Below, piece by piece: positions 52,701-62,275 of a DNA stretch of 64,000 nt; within the stretch, counting starts at the first letter, position 1, and the number at the start of each line of letters is the position of its first letter. The translations under genes were made by a program, and so were the position numbers. Location of the stretch: NCBI GenBank assembly GCA_017934425.1, contig JAGBJO010000029.1:10050-74049 (forward strand), given 5' to 3'. The notes beneath the pieces are model-generated. The model had not been told where the DNA came from. It ran no database searches and was given only the letters and a program-made list of their open reading frames with translations. This stretch comes from Ruminococcus sp. Lineage in GTDB: Bacteria; Bacillota; Clostridia; Oscillospirales; Ruminococcaceae.

Positions 52701-53639
52701 ATGGATCTTATCGGCGAAAGCTGTGTAGTTTGTAAAAAAGTCTTTGAGGACGGCGACGATATCGTAGTATGCCCAGACTGCGGCTCGCCCCACCATAGAG
52801 CGTGCTATAAGGAGCTTGGACACTGCGGTAATCAGGAACTCCATAGTCAGGGTGGTGTTTGGCAGAGAAAACTCCCCAAAACTCCTCTGCGTATGCCTAC
52901 TGATGAGACAGTCTGTCCGGTGTGCAGATCGTCGAACAAAAGCGGTTCTGACGTATGCTCGCACTGCGGCGCTCGCCTGCTTACAGACAAGCCTGTAAAT
53001 ATAGACGGCACGTCCGCTCAATACCTGGGCTTCGACCCTGAAGAGGATATGGGCGGCGCTACTCTCAAGGAAGTCTCCGACTTCGTAGCGGTGAATACAA
53101 TATACTATATCCCCATATTCAAGCGTATCAAGGATCTCGGCGTGAAAGCATCGCTGAATATAAGCTGCTTCCTGTTCCCGCCTTTGTATTTTGCTAACAG
53201 ACGTATGTGGCTATGGACTATCCTTTCATCGCTGGCAATGGTACTGCTTGCACTTCCGGCAACAGTAAGTATGCTTGTGGGCGACGCACTGGAAAACGGC
53301 GCTAACCTTTTCAGCATTGCCCTTGCAGAGTACGTCTACGCAAACCGCACCATCCTCAACGGACTGATGACGGTATCAAATGCCCTGGACGTAATAATGA
53401 GGACGGTGTTCTGCCTGTTCGGAAACTATATGTACTTCCAGTTCGCCCTGCGTCAGCTAAGGAGAATGAAGAAGGGCAGACGTGTAGGCGCACCTCCAAG
53501 CGAAGTTATATCCGCTGCCGGCGGTGTAAGACCTTTGAATATGCTGCTTAGCCTGCTTGTCCTGGGCGCTTTCAGTATAGCCGGTGTATACGGCAGTATC
53601 ATTTTCATCGAACTTTTGAAGCTGATGTTCACAACATAA
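52701..53639 (+). CDS. prokaryotic RING finger + zinc ribbon + DUF2628-like membrane protein
   Basis: CVVC...CPDCGSPHHRAC...C, then CPVC...CSHC and 3 TM. Confidence 0.8.
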   Translation: MDLIGESCVVCKKVFEDGDDIVVCPDCGSPHHRACYKELGHCGNQELHSQGGVWQRKLPKTPLRMPTDETVCPVCRSSNKSGSDVCSHCGARLLTDKPVNIDGTSAQYLGFDPEEDMGGATLKEVSDFVAVNTIYYIPIFKRIKDLGVKASLNISCFLFPPLYFANRRMWLWTILSSLAMVLLALPATVSMLVGDALENGANLFSIALAEYVYANRTILNGLMTVSNALDVIMRTVFCLFGNYMYFQFALRQLRRMKKGRRVGAPPSEVISAAGGVRPLNMLLSLLVLGAFSIAGVYGSIIFIELLKLMFTT

Positions 53640-53648
53640 TTAGTAAAA

Positions 53649-53692
53649 AATCCCCTGATACGGCGCTTTCATAAGTGCCATACCAGGGGATT
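53649..53692. terminator. hairpin related to the inner core of the 40211 element
   Basis: AATCCCCTGATACGGCGC...GTGCCATACCAGGGGATT. Confidence 0.65.
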
Positions 53693-53704
53693 ATCCATTA
53701 CTTA

Positions 53705-53865
53705 GAACCTGTCCGCATAGGGATTCATGCACGTCTTTTCGTCAAATTTTGCCGGTGACTGCGTTAAAAATCCTTGAAGGGCGACAGCCCGTCGGGGGAT
53801 TTTTGCCTTGCCACCGACAAATTTATGCCTGAAAATCCGTACATTCACCCTATGCGGACAGGTTC
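53705..53865. mobile_element. MITE, 161 bp, 18-bp perfect TIRs, TTA target duplication
   Basis: TTA|GAACCTGTCCGCATAGGG...CCCTATGCGGACAGGTTC|TTA; whole element folds back; right TSD is the TAA stop of the TPM gene. Confidence 0.85.
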
Positions 53866-54795
53866 TTAACGTGAGTGACCTCCGCCGCCGTGACCACCGC
53901 TGTGGGAGTGACCGCCGCCGCCACCGCCTCCGCTGCTGCTCTCTATCCTTACACGGGAAGTGTGAGTATGCAGGAAGGTATCGATCTTGCGTGTGAAGAC
54001 TGTGTCGTTTTTTGAGACATATACTCCGGGATTTGCTGAACTCTTGAACTTGTACCTTGACTTATTCGCAAAGTATACTATCAATCCCACTATAAAGCCT
54101 GTCACGGATGATATCACCCACATAAGAAGCTTTACCGAACGGGGCTTGCCCTCGCCCATCATGAACTGACCGTCCTTGAAGTAGAAGTACTTGCCTGATG
54201 ACTCGTCATAGTAATAAGCAAAGGGGTCAGAAACGCCTTCACTGTAGTACTTCTCCAGCAGTACTGTGAACTGTTTGATACCGTTGCCGATATTGTCCTT
54301 ATAAGACGAATAGTCGCTTACACTGGAGGGTGGAAGGTAATTATCCATAACAGAGAAAATATCCTCGATATGATCCTGATAAAGGAGTACTGCCTTTCCG
54401 CTGGTGGAAATGTGGTCGTGCGCCGGTGACTGTCCGGAAAAGTCCATATAATAGAACACACCGTCAGTGTCCTCGCCGTAGTATTCGTCATACATATCGT
54501 CAGCAAATATCTCTGCCTGACTTTCGCTAAGGCGCTGGTTGGAGATGTAGACGACTATATTCATTTGCAGTTTTTCCGCACACTTACGGATAACCTCGTT
54601 TATACCTTCCTCCTCAGCATCAGTGAACATACCGTCTTCACTTTCAAAGAAGTCAGCCAGTCCGCTTTGATAAGGGTCGATATCGTTCTGACCAAGGACT
54701 GTCTTTTCGTCAGCCGATGCACTCAGCACACAAGCAGGAAGCATAAACGCTGCCACAAGAAGTGCTGCAAAAAATGATACTATTCTTCTGCACAT
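53866..54795 (-). CDS. TPM-domain membrane protein with Gly/His-rich tail
   Basis: Signal peptide, FADDMYD...DGV, TM, GGGGHSHSGGHGGGG tail; start position uncertain. Confidence 0.85.
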   Translation of the reverse strand: MCRRIVSFFAALLVAAFMLPACVLSASADEKTVLGQNDIDPYQSGLADFFESEDGMFTDAEEEGINEVIRKCAEKLQMNIVVYISNQRLSESQAEIFADDMYDEYYGEDTDGVFYYMDFSGQSPAHDHISTSGKAVLLYQDHIEDIFSVMDNYLPPSSVSDYSSYKDNIGNGIKQFTVLLEKYYSEGVSDPFAYYYDESSGKYFYFKDGQFMMGEGKPRSVKLLMWVISSVTGFIVGLIVYFANKSRYKFKSSANPGVYVSKNDTVFTRKIDTFLHTHTSRVRIESSSGGGGGGGHSHSGGHGGGGHSR

Positions 54796-54796
54796 A

Positions 54797-55858
54797 TTAC
54801 AGTCCTCCAAGTATAATACCGCCGATAACGGCTACTGCCAGACCTATCGCCGTGCTGAAAAGTTTCAGTTTGCCCTTGTCCAGGGGCGGAGTGCCTGCAA
54901 GCTTTCCGGTCTGACCGTTTACGGCGAACTCGTATATCTTGTCATTGTACTTAAAAGTCATGAACCAGACCGGAAGCATCATATACTCCCACTTCGTCCG
55001 CTGAACGTTATAGCTCTCTCTCTGTGTACTTATTGAGGAGTATTTTCCTATGCTCTGGTGGATAACATCACGGCTTGCTTTTGTGGCTCGCTCCTTTATC
55101 CTTGGGAATACTCCCGCCTTGTCTATGTCGTACTTATCCGCATAGAATCCGCTGAGATAGGACATTGAGAACGGCTGAAGCTCCTTGTAATCATAGGGTT
55201 CGATCGACTCCATAAGCAGGTCATCTATCTTGCTTTCGCCGTCAGCAGGTATACCTATAGTTGTGACCTTTGCGCTTCGCTCCACCTTAAACTCCTTAGT
55301 CTCGGTGTAGTGATAGTTTCCGGAAGTCCATGAGCGGACAATTTTTCCGATGCCTGAGAAGTCCGACTGTACATCGCAGTCAGCCACCCAGAACGGAACG
55401 TACAGACCTGTCATTTTTTCAAGCTGCTGCTCGCTCTTGAAGTCCTTGGGAACGAACATACGCTTGCCTACCCATTTTTTGAAAGCATCTTCCGCCTGCT
55501 CCCTGGTTATGTGGAAGCCGATGACCTTGCTTGGGCGGTATTCGCCGGTCAGTTTGCCGGAGAGAATAACAGGGTTATGGCAGTAGTAGCAGAAAGTAGC
55601 CGTTTCACGGTCGTCCGCCATAATATCAGCACCGCAGCTTGCACAGTGGTAGAGGTTGGTATGTTCCTCGAATTCGTCCTTATCCTTTGCTTCCTCCGGG
55701 GAAACACTGTCAAGGACAGTCTCCGCATCTGCGTAAATCGCCTTAATCTCGTCTATAGTGAAAGCGCTCATGCAGTATTCGCATGAAAGCTTCTGCGTCG
55801 CAGGGTCGAATTTCAGTTCTGCGTTACAATTCGGACATTTGTACTCTGAAGCGTCCAT
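54797..55858 (-). CDS. Zn-ribbon membrane-associated protein (usual partner of TPM/SPFH genes)
   Basis: Four CxxC pairs, YVPFW, LPVW, VNGQTGK, C-terminal TM. Confidence 0.85.
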   Translation of the reverse strand: MDASEYKCPNCNAELKFDPATQKLSCEYCMSAFTIDEIKAIYADAETVLDSVSPEEAKDKDEFEEHTNLYHCASCGADIMADDRETATFCYYCHNPVILSGKLTGEYRPSKVIGFHITREQAEDAFKKWVGKRMFVPKDFKSEQQLEKMTGLYVPFWVADCDVQSDFSGIGKIVRSWTSGNYHYTETKEFKVERSAKVTTIGIPADGESKIDDLLMESIEPYDYKELQPFSMSYLSGFYADKYDIDKAGVFPRIKERATKASRDVIHQSIGKYSSISTQRESYNVQRTKWEYMMLPVWFMTFKYNDKIYEFAVNGQTGKLAGTPPLDKGKLKLFSTAIGLAVAVIGGIILGGL

Positions 55859-55950
55859 TACATCAACTCCCGTTTCCAGAATATGCGAGGGAAGATCCTC
55901 TATACTATTTTAACATAATATTACTATAATTTCAATAGTTTTTAACAATT

Positions 55951-56424
55951 TTACTTGTGATACTTTCCGCCCTCAGCTATCTGAAAACTGCGGTAGATCT
56001 GTTCAAGGAGCATTACTCTTGCAAGCTGGTGGGGAAATGTCATTTTCGACATGGAAAGTTTCAGGCTGCCCATTGCCTTTATTTCCGGGTCAAGACCGTA
56101 GGAACTGCCGATAATGAATGTGACAGTACTCTCGCCGCCTACGCCGGTATCCATTATCTTCTCCGAAAGTTCCTGGCTGGTGAGCTGTTTGCCCTCGATG
56201 CACATGGGTACTATAAATCCCTTTGCATAGCGGCGTATCTGCTCGCCCTCCTTTTTCAGGGCGGAGGCTATTTCCTTTTCCGAGGGGTTGTCGCTGAGTC
56301 GGCACTCATTCAGTTCATGGAGACTGAATGTGCAGTACCTTCCCAGACGCTTTATGTACTCAGCGCAGGCATTCCGGAGGTAGTCCTCTTTCAGCTTGCC
56401 TATAACGATAAGGTTAATGTTCAT
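55951..56424 (-). CDS. rlmH: 23S rRNA m3-psi1915 methyltransferase
   Basis: IGKLKE, FIIGSSYG, MTFPHQL...EQIYR...YHK. Confidence 0.97.
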   Translation of the reverse strand: MNINLIVIGKLKEDYLRNACAEYIKRLGRYCTFSLHELNECRLSDNPSEKEIASALKKEGEQIRRYAKGFIVPMCIEGKQLTSQELSEKIMDTGVGGESTVTFIIGSSYGLDPEIKAMGSLKLSMSKMTFPHQLARVMLLEQIYRSFQIAEGGKYHK

Positions 56425-57209
56425 CAGAAGATCACTGCTCCTCCCGTAGTCTCCATAGGCGCAACGCCCAGGAGATAGTCCTTATTGCGCTCCATACCGT
56501 AAAGAGCGTTCTGGGCGGTCTGGTCAGCGATATGAGGACGGTTGTTCTCCGGGCTTAAATGACCCAGGATAATATGTGTAGTCCCCTGTTCCACCAGACG
56601 GCGTGTCTGGATACCGCAGGCGTTGTTGGAAAGGTGTCCGTTCGGGGACAGTATGCGCTCTTTCAGGTACAGCGGATATGGACCGTTCCGGAGCATCTCG
56701 TCATCGTAGTTTGCCTCCAGCAGAACCAGCCGGCAGCCGGTAAGTGCCATATCCACTTCCGGGGTGATGTGTCCCAGGTCAGTGCATACAGCGCACAGCT
56801 TGTCGTCCTGGGTACGTATGCGGTAGCCGCAGCTTTGAATGGTATCATGCGGAGTATTGAAGCAGCTTACCTCATTTCCGGCGCAGGATATGGATATACC
56901 GCTCATGTCGATGATAGGCGACGAGGGTGCTATCTTGTCAGCGTCGCAAAGTCTTTGCAGAGTGCGCTTCTGACCGTACACCGGCAGACCCGTAGTCTTG
57001 GTAAGCATTTTCAGTCCGGCGATGTGGTCGGAGTGTTCGTGGGTTATGAACACCGCCTGCACTGCCGAAAGGGGTATCTGGTTCACGTCAAGGGCTGCTT
57101 TCAGACGGCGGAAGCTTACTCCGCAGTCGATGAGTATACCGGCTTTTTCTGTGCCGATAAAAGTGCTGTTGCCCTTGCTGGAACTGAAAAGGGGGTAAAT
57201 TCTTGCCAC
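56424..57209 (-). CDS. MBL-fold metallohydrolase (YycJ/WalJ-like)
   Basis: SSSKGN, THEHSDH, EANYD, GHLSN, GHLS.ENN. Confidence 0.92.
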   Translation of the reverse strand: MARIYPLFSSSKGNSTFIGTEKAGILIDCGVSFRRLKAALDVNQIPLSAVQAVFITHEHSDHIAGLKMLTKTTGLPVYGQKRTLQRLCDADKIAPSSPIIDMSGISISCAGNEVSCFNTPHDTIQSCGYRIRTQDDKLCAVCTDLGHITPEVDMALTGCRLVLLEANYDDEMLRNGPYPLYLKERILSPNGHLSNNACGIQTRRLVEQGTTHIILGHLSPENNRPHIADQTAQNALYGMERNKDYLLGVAPMETTGGAVIF

Positions 57210-57218
57210 GTCAGCGCC

Positions 57219-58628
57219 TCAGATCTTGTTTATCTCAGTACCCTGACGAGTTTCTCTTACTTCATAGCCCAGTGCAGTTATCTGGTCACGGATCTGGTCA
57301 GCAAGAGCGAAATCCTTGGCTTTGCGGGCTTCCTTGCGCTTTTCAACAAGTTCCATAACTTCTGCGGGAACGTCGCTTTCGTCGGAAGAATTGCTCTCCT
57401 GAGCCTTCTTGATAAGGTCAAGTCCCAGAACCTTGTCAAATTCACCGATAAGAGCCAGCTTTGTGGCATTGCTTGCCTTCGACTTCAGCACGTCATACAG
57501 GCAGGTGATGGACTGTGCGGTATTGATATCGTTGCCCATAGCGTCGTTGAAACTCTGCATCAGGCGGTCGTATTCAGCCTTGTCGATATCGCCGGATGGC
57601 TCAGCCGCAATGGGTGCGATCTTAGCGATAAGCTTATTGAAAGTGGTCTTAGCGTTGTCAAGGTTCTCCCAGGAGAATACCAGTGACTTTCTGTAGTGGG
57701 ACTGTAAGCAGAAGAAACGGTAGATAAGCGGGTCATAGCCCTTTTCCTCCAGCAGGGAAACTGTCAGGAACTCGCCCTTTGATTTGCTCATCTTGCCGCT
57801 TGTAGTGTTCAGGTGGTGAACGTGGAACCAGTAATTGCACCAGCTATGTCCCAGATAAGCCTCAGACTGTGCTATCTCATTGGTGTGGTGGGGGAATGCG
57901 TTGTCAATACCGCCGCAGTGGATATCAAGGTACTCGCCCAGATTCTTCATGCTTATGCAGCTGCACTCGATGTGCCAGCCGGGATATCCTACGCCCCAGG
58001 GTGAATCCCATTTAAGTTCCTGGTCATCGAACTTGCTCTTGGTGAACCAAAGTGCAAAGTCAGCCTTATTGCGCTTGTTATCGTCTGCCTCAACGCCCTC
58101 ACGAACGCCTACTTCCAGGTCTTCCTCGTTGAAGTCACCAAAAACGTAGTAGTTATCGAGCTTTGAGGTATCGAAGTAAACGTTTCCGCCGGCAAAGTAA
58201 GCGTAGCCCTTTTCTTCCAGTGACTTTATTACCTTGATGAACTCGTCGATGTATGTTGTCGCAGGAACTACAACGTCGGGGGTCTTGATATTGAGTTTTG
58301 CACAGTCGGAGAAAAATGCGTCGGTGTAGAACTTAGCTATCTCCATAACTGTCTTATGCTCACGCTTTGCGCCCTTGAGCATCTTGTCGTCACCGGTATC
58401 GCCGTCGCTGGTAAGATGACCTACGTCGGTGATATTCATTACACGCTTAACGTCCAGACCTGTAAAGCGCAGGTACTTCTCCAGGATATCCTCCATGATG
58501 TAGCTGCGAAGGTTTCCGATATGTGCATAGTGGTAAACGGTAGGGCCGCAGGTGTACATACTTACCTTTCCGGCTTCGTGGGGGATAAAGTCCTCTTTTT
58601 TGTGTGAGAGTGAGTTATATATCTGCAT
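57219..58628 (-). CDS. cysS: cysteinyl-tRNA synthetase
   Basis: CGPTVY, HIGN, GWHIEC, KMSKS. Confidence 0.98.
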   Translation of the reverse strand: MQIYNSLSHKKEDFIPHEAGKVSMYTCGPTVYHYAHIGNLRSYIMEDILEKYLRFTGLDVKRVMNITDVGHLTSDGDTGDDKMLKGAKREHKTVMEIAKFYTDAFFSDCAKLNIKTPDVVVPATTYIDEFIKVIKSLEEKGYAYFAGGNVYFDTSKLDNYYVFGDFNEEDLEVGVREGVEADDNKRNKADFALWFTKSKFDDQELKWDSPWGVGYPGWHIECSCISMKNLGEYLDIHCGGIDNAFPHHTNEIAQSEAYLGHSWCNYWFHVHHLNTTSGKMSKSKGEFLTVSLLEEKGYDPLIYRFFCLQSHYRKSLVFSWENLDNAKTTFNKLIAKIAPIAAEPSGDIDKAEYDRLMQSFNDAMGNDINTAQSITCLYDVLKSKASNATKLALIGEFDKVLGLDLIKKAQESNSSDESDVPAEVMELVEKRKEARKAKDFALADQIRDQITALGYEVRETRQGTEINKI

Positions 58629-58642
58629 AGTATTCGTCCTTT

Positions 58643-59017
58643 CTAAAAATCCCAGATCTCGCCCAGGATATCGTTTATCTTGATTGATGCGAAGTAGCCC
58701 ATGAGTGTGAGGAACTCCGGTATAGCAGCAAGTCCGTCACGGTAGTATTCGCTCCTGCGCTCCTCCTCGTCCTCTATGTACTTGTAATTTTTAGGGCAGG
58801 CAAAATCCCAACGGGCGCTGTTGCTGTCGAAACGGATATTGAAGCCTTTTTTACCGAAAAATCCGGCAGCAGAGAGCAGCAGGTCATAGTCTGCTATCTC
58901 CGGTTCAGGCGCAACTACAGCTACTGCGTCCTCCGGCAGTATAACAGCGGTAAAGCGCTCGTCAAGCTGAACAGCCAGGTTCACCCGTTCGCTGTCAGGG
59001 AATCTGATTATCTCCAT
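58643..59017 (-). CDS. hypothetical 124-aa protein between the T-box and cysS
   Basis: ATG 59017 after AAGGAG; contains WDFACP; 14 bp from cysS. Confidence 0.75.
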   Translation of the reverse strand: MEIIRFPDSERVNLAVQLDERFTAVILPEDAVAVVAPEPEIADYDLLLSAAGFFGKKGFNIRFDSNSARWDFACPKNYKYIEDEEERRSEYYRDGLAAIPEFLTLMGYFASIKINDILGEIWDF

Positions 59018-59030
59018 ATTCAGTCTCCTT

Positions 59031-59262
59031 AAAAAAGAATAAGCGCCCCAAGGGTAGGTTATTACCCTCGGAGGCGCATTATGCACGGTTCCACTCCGTC
59101 TTATTACTCTTGACCCTTAACGCAGGCATACGCAGCAGGATACTTCAGGTTCCCCTGCCGGGCTGACAGCCGCACTTCACAAAGCAGGTATGCACCGTCA
59201 CACCACCCCGGTACTCTCTGAAAAACCTTTGCCATGCTACTCTGACTGCTACGCCGTTAACA
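59031..59262 (-). ncRNA. T-box riboswitch, Cys specifier
   Basis: Minus strand shows AGUA/GA motif, AGAGA box, GGUGA, GAAG-UGC specifier (59174-59172), T-box GGAGUGGAACCGUG (59097-59084), terminator hairpin and U-tract. Confidence 0.9.
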
Positions 59263-59273
59263 TATTACACCTT

Positions 59274-59303
59274 ATTATATACCATTGCGCAGGGGTTTGT
59301 CAA
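59274..59303 (-). promoter_or_regulatory. sigmaA promoter of the T-box/cysS operon
   Basis: TTGACA-N18-TATAAT. Confidence 0.65.
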
Positions 59304-59313
59304 GTTCTTATTA

Positions 59314-59488
59314 AGGCAACACCACACAAAGACCGCCTGACGGCTTTGTGGCACATCTGCCCCTCATATTTTCCGGCATCTTGCACACAAATTTCTTGAC
59401 ATACGTCAGTATGCCTGCGAAATTTATGCACAATCTGCCGTAAAATCTGACTGCGCATCTGCACCACAATCTCTGTGCGGTGTTGCCT
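59314..59488. mobile_element. MITE, 175 bp, 19-bp TIRs (17/19), TA target duplication
   Basis: TA|AGGCAACACCACACAAAGA...TCTCTGTGCGGTGTTGCCT|TA; full-length imperfect fold-back centred on CATAC-GTCA-GTATG. Confidence 0.85.
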
Positions 59489-59736
59489 TATTCGTAATAC
59501 TTACACCAGTTCCAGAGTTTGCGGCGGTGACTGTATTTCAGTACAGCCACAGTGTCGCCTCTGGAATCCCAGATAACTGCCCAGTGACCGTCCGGATCGG
59601 GGCGGAGCTTTTCCTGATTTATCGTCTTAATAAAGATAGGTATGGCTGCTATTGCCGCATTCTGCGTAGATGCAGCCTGTAATTCGTTGTAGATGTTCTT
59701 GTCATTCTCATTGCGGAAAACCAATGTATAATACAT
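59488..59736 (-). CDS. hypothetical 82-aa protein
   Basis: SD AGGAGGT before ATG 59736; stop overlaps the MITE end. Confidence 0.6.
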   Translation of the reverse strand: MYYTLVFRNENDKNIYNELQAASTQNAAIAAIPIFIKTINQEKLRPDPDGHWAVIWDSRGDTVAVLKYSHRRKLWNWCKYYE

Positions 59737-59766
59737 GACCGCCACCTCCTGTAAAACCAAATAAAA

Positions 59767-61320
59767 TCAAATAATTCTGATGACTGTACCCTCTGAGCCG
59801 TCGGATACTGTATCTGTATCAATTGTATTCATCGGCGGCACAGGCAGTCCGTTTTTGCCGAAAAGTCGTACTTCGGCGTAGTTCGTCCACTGGAAGCGCA
59901 CCGCAACAGGCTCGCTTACTTCCCGGCTGCTTATGCATATCTTATCGCCGATAAATGAACCCGTGTCAGCCCTGTGCCACACGCCGTCGCTGCCGGCTAT
60001 CTCAAAGTCCTCCTGCCAGCCCTCAAGCGCAGTTCCGCCCTCGGCGTTGTCAAAGAGAAGTACTGCCTTTGCGCCGTCTGTATAGAATTCCCGGTAAACA
60101 GGCGGCAATGTTTCCTTCCTGTCCATAAGTCCGTAGACCTCGCTCATAGCCTGCAAGTAAAGCCGCTTTCCAACCTCTGTTTTATCTACCGGGTGGATAT
60201 TGTTGAACTCTCCGCAGTCAAGGGCAACTGCCAGACCTGTATTCTTTATAGTCCGGAAAACTTTCATCTGCGCCTGACGTATGATGCACCAGTGCTTGTA
60301 GTCCGGGTCTTCTGCGTAGCGGAACATTGGAAGCTGAACCATTATAAACGGCAGGCTTTCGTCATGCCACTGTTTGCGCCAGCACTCTATCAAGCTGGTC
60401 ATAAGGCTGTAGTAAGCGTCCGGGCGGTGATCGTCGGATTCGCCCTGATACCAGAGTACACCTCTGAGTGTGTAGGGGCTTACACGCTTTACCATAGTTT
60501 CAAAAAGCCCACATGGACGCATGGGGTTCGTGCAGCCGGGAGGTCCCGGATAACGGTTCTCGCCGCATATTCTCTGTACCTCGTCCCAGGAAATGTGGGG
60601 GTTTTCCGCATAACACGCCTGCATTTTCTTCTCCCACTTGCCCTGATAGTCAAGGTACTCCTCATACTCTGCCTTCATTTGCTCCTCAGACTTGCCGAGG
60701 GTAGCTTTTTCGTAGTCGTCAATATACGGTCGCAGTTCGCTGCGTCTTGTGAGATAATCCTGCGGCATCCAGCAGGAAGCGGAAGTGCCGCCCCAGTTGC
60801 AGCCGATTATTCCCACTGTAACGCCAAGCTTCCGGCTGAGGTTCTTTGCGAAGTAGTAAGCTGCCGCCGACCATGCCACGGAATTGCGCTCCGAGGGCAT
60901 CATCCAGCAGGTATTGCTCTCAGCCTGAAAAAGCTGCTCACCAACTGTAGCTATCTTGTTAGTATAGTAATAGCGGACTTTTTCATTTTCGCAGTTTTTC
61001 AGTTCCTCATCGCCGTGTTTATCGCTGTGCAGCTCAAATTCCATATTACTCTGACCGCCTGCCAGCCAAACCTCACCAACAGCCACATTGGTAAATGTTA
61101 TACACTCACCGCTGTCAGAACTGATAGTTACGGTAATGTCCTCGGCGTAGTCCATAGGCGGAAGGAGCGCTTCAAAACGTCCTGCGCTGATAACTGCCTT
61201 TACAGTATTTTCTCCGGCGGTGACTGTTATCTGCTCATTGTCTCCGCACTCACCGAAGATACGCACGCAGCGGTGCGACTGAAGTACCATATTATCGCTG
61301 AATACCGAAGCTGCTTTCAT
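59767..61320 (-). CDS. SASA-family (sialate/carbohydrate) O-acetylesterase
   Basis: FSDNMVLQ, GEVWLAGGQSNM, WYQGES, NIHP. Confidence 0.93.
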   Translation of the reverse strand: MKAASVFSDNMVLQSHRCVRIFGECGDNEQITVTAGENTVKAVISAGRFEALLPPMDYAEDITVTISSDSGECITFTNVAVGEVWLAGGQSNMEFELHSDKHGDEELKNCENEKVRYYYTNKIATVGEQLFQAESNTCWMMPSERNSVAWSAAAYYFAKNLSRKLGVTVGIIGCNWGGTSASCWMPQDYLTRRSELRPYIDDYEKATLGKSEEQMKAEYEEYLDYQGKWEKKMQACYAENPHISWDEVQRICGENRYPGPPGCTNPMRPCGLFETMVKRVSPYTLRGVLWYQGESDDHRPDAYYSLMTSLIECWRKQWHDESLPFIMVQLPMFRYAEDPDYKHWCIIRQAQMKVFRTIKNTGLAVALDCGEFNNIHPVDKTEVGKRLYLQAMSEVYGLMDRKETLPPVYREFYTDGAKAVLLFDNAEGGTALEGWQEDFEIAGSDGVWHRADTGSFIGDKICISSREVSEPVAVRFQWTNYAEVRLFGKNGLPVPPMNTIDTDTVSDGSEGTVIRII

Positions 61321-61332
61321 ATCGCTCTCTCC

Positions 61333-62271
61333 TTATCTGTAGGTCAGTGCGCCGGTATTTTCCATAGCCTTCAGCATTGCGAAGCGTGCCTCATCACGGC
61401 ACTCCGGCTTTGCCATATAGTACATATAAGTCTCAAGGATATTCAGGGCGCTTGCTGTACGTCCCTCTATTTTGAACTGCTCAAATCCCATAGGAACATA
61501 CTTTTCCCAGATATCGTCCGGCGAGATGTGTGTACGCAGCTTGCGTATCTCGAAGATGCCACGCTGAGAATATGGGCAGTCACGGAAATTCTGGGTATCG
61601 TACTTATCAGCCGGGAAAGGCACGTTCGGATAGCGGCGGATATGTTCGTTATAGGCTATCTGCTGTTCTCCGATGCACTGGTAGTGTGCGGAACGTCTGG
61701 GGCAGCCCGGTTCGCAGCAGGCATTTACCAGAAGCTCGCAGTCCTCCTTGCGGGGAAGCTGTGACAGCACCTCGAAGTTATTGTTGAAGTCGTAATCAAC
61801 GACTACTATACTGTAGTCCCTGCCCAGTTCCTCTTTGAGTTTATCCGGGTCAGTAATGCGCTTGCAGGTTGAGCTTGTCAGCTTGTAATTGGGGTAAGTC
61901 CTGCGGATATAGTCCTCCAGCATCGGCGACATAACGATACATTCGTTCATGCCGTTGTCAGCCATAGTCATTACCATATTGCAGAACGGGTCAGCCAGAT
62001 GCTTCTTTTCAAGCGCCGGGTTTGTGAATGTAAATCTCAGCGGTATGCCCTTGTCATTGAAGGCTTTCAGCACGTTCTTCACGAACGCCTTGTCGCACAC
62101 ACCTCCCTGAGTACGTCCGCCGTACCATATGGAAGGTGGGAAAACGCCGTAGAATGACGCAATTTCCACGCCCTCACGGAAGAAATCCGGACGGTTTGCC
62201 AGCAGGTCAGCGAAAAGGATATTCAGCTTATATCTGCCGGCGAAATCGGGCAAATGAAATCTTACTCTCAT
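61333..62271 (-). CDS. divergent peptidase-U32-like (probable Fe-S) protein
   Basis: ELLVNACCEPGC...HY...C and FKIEGR motif; start ATG 62271. Confidence 0.65.
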   Translation of the reverse strand: MRVRFHLPDFAGRYKLNILFADLLANRPDFFREGVEIASFYGVFPPSIWYGGRTQGGVCDKAFVKNVLKAFNDKGIPLRFTFTNPALEKKHLADPFCNMVMTMADNGMNECIVMSPMLEDYIRRTYPNYKLTSSTCKRITDPDKLKEELGRDYSIVVVDYDFNNNFEVLSQLPRKEDCELLVNACCEPGCPRRSAHYQCIGEQQIAYNEHIRRYPNVPFPADKYDTQNFRDCPYSQRGIFEIRKLRTHISPDDIWEKYVPMGFEQFKIEGRTASALNILETYMYYMAKPECRDEARFAMLKAMENTGALTYR

Positions 62272-62275
62272 AGTA

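Noticed and set aside
59974-61764. 596-aa plus-strand ORF, and other long antisense ORFs such as 36411..37562, 56559..57686, 14482..15363 and 569..1183
   Set aside because: Shadows of well-supported genes on the opposite strand, caused by codon bias; no motifs or RBS.
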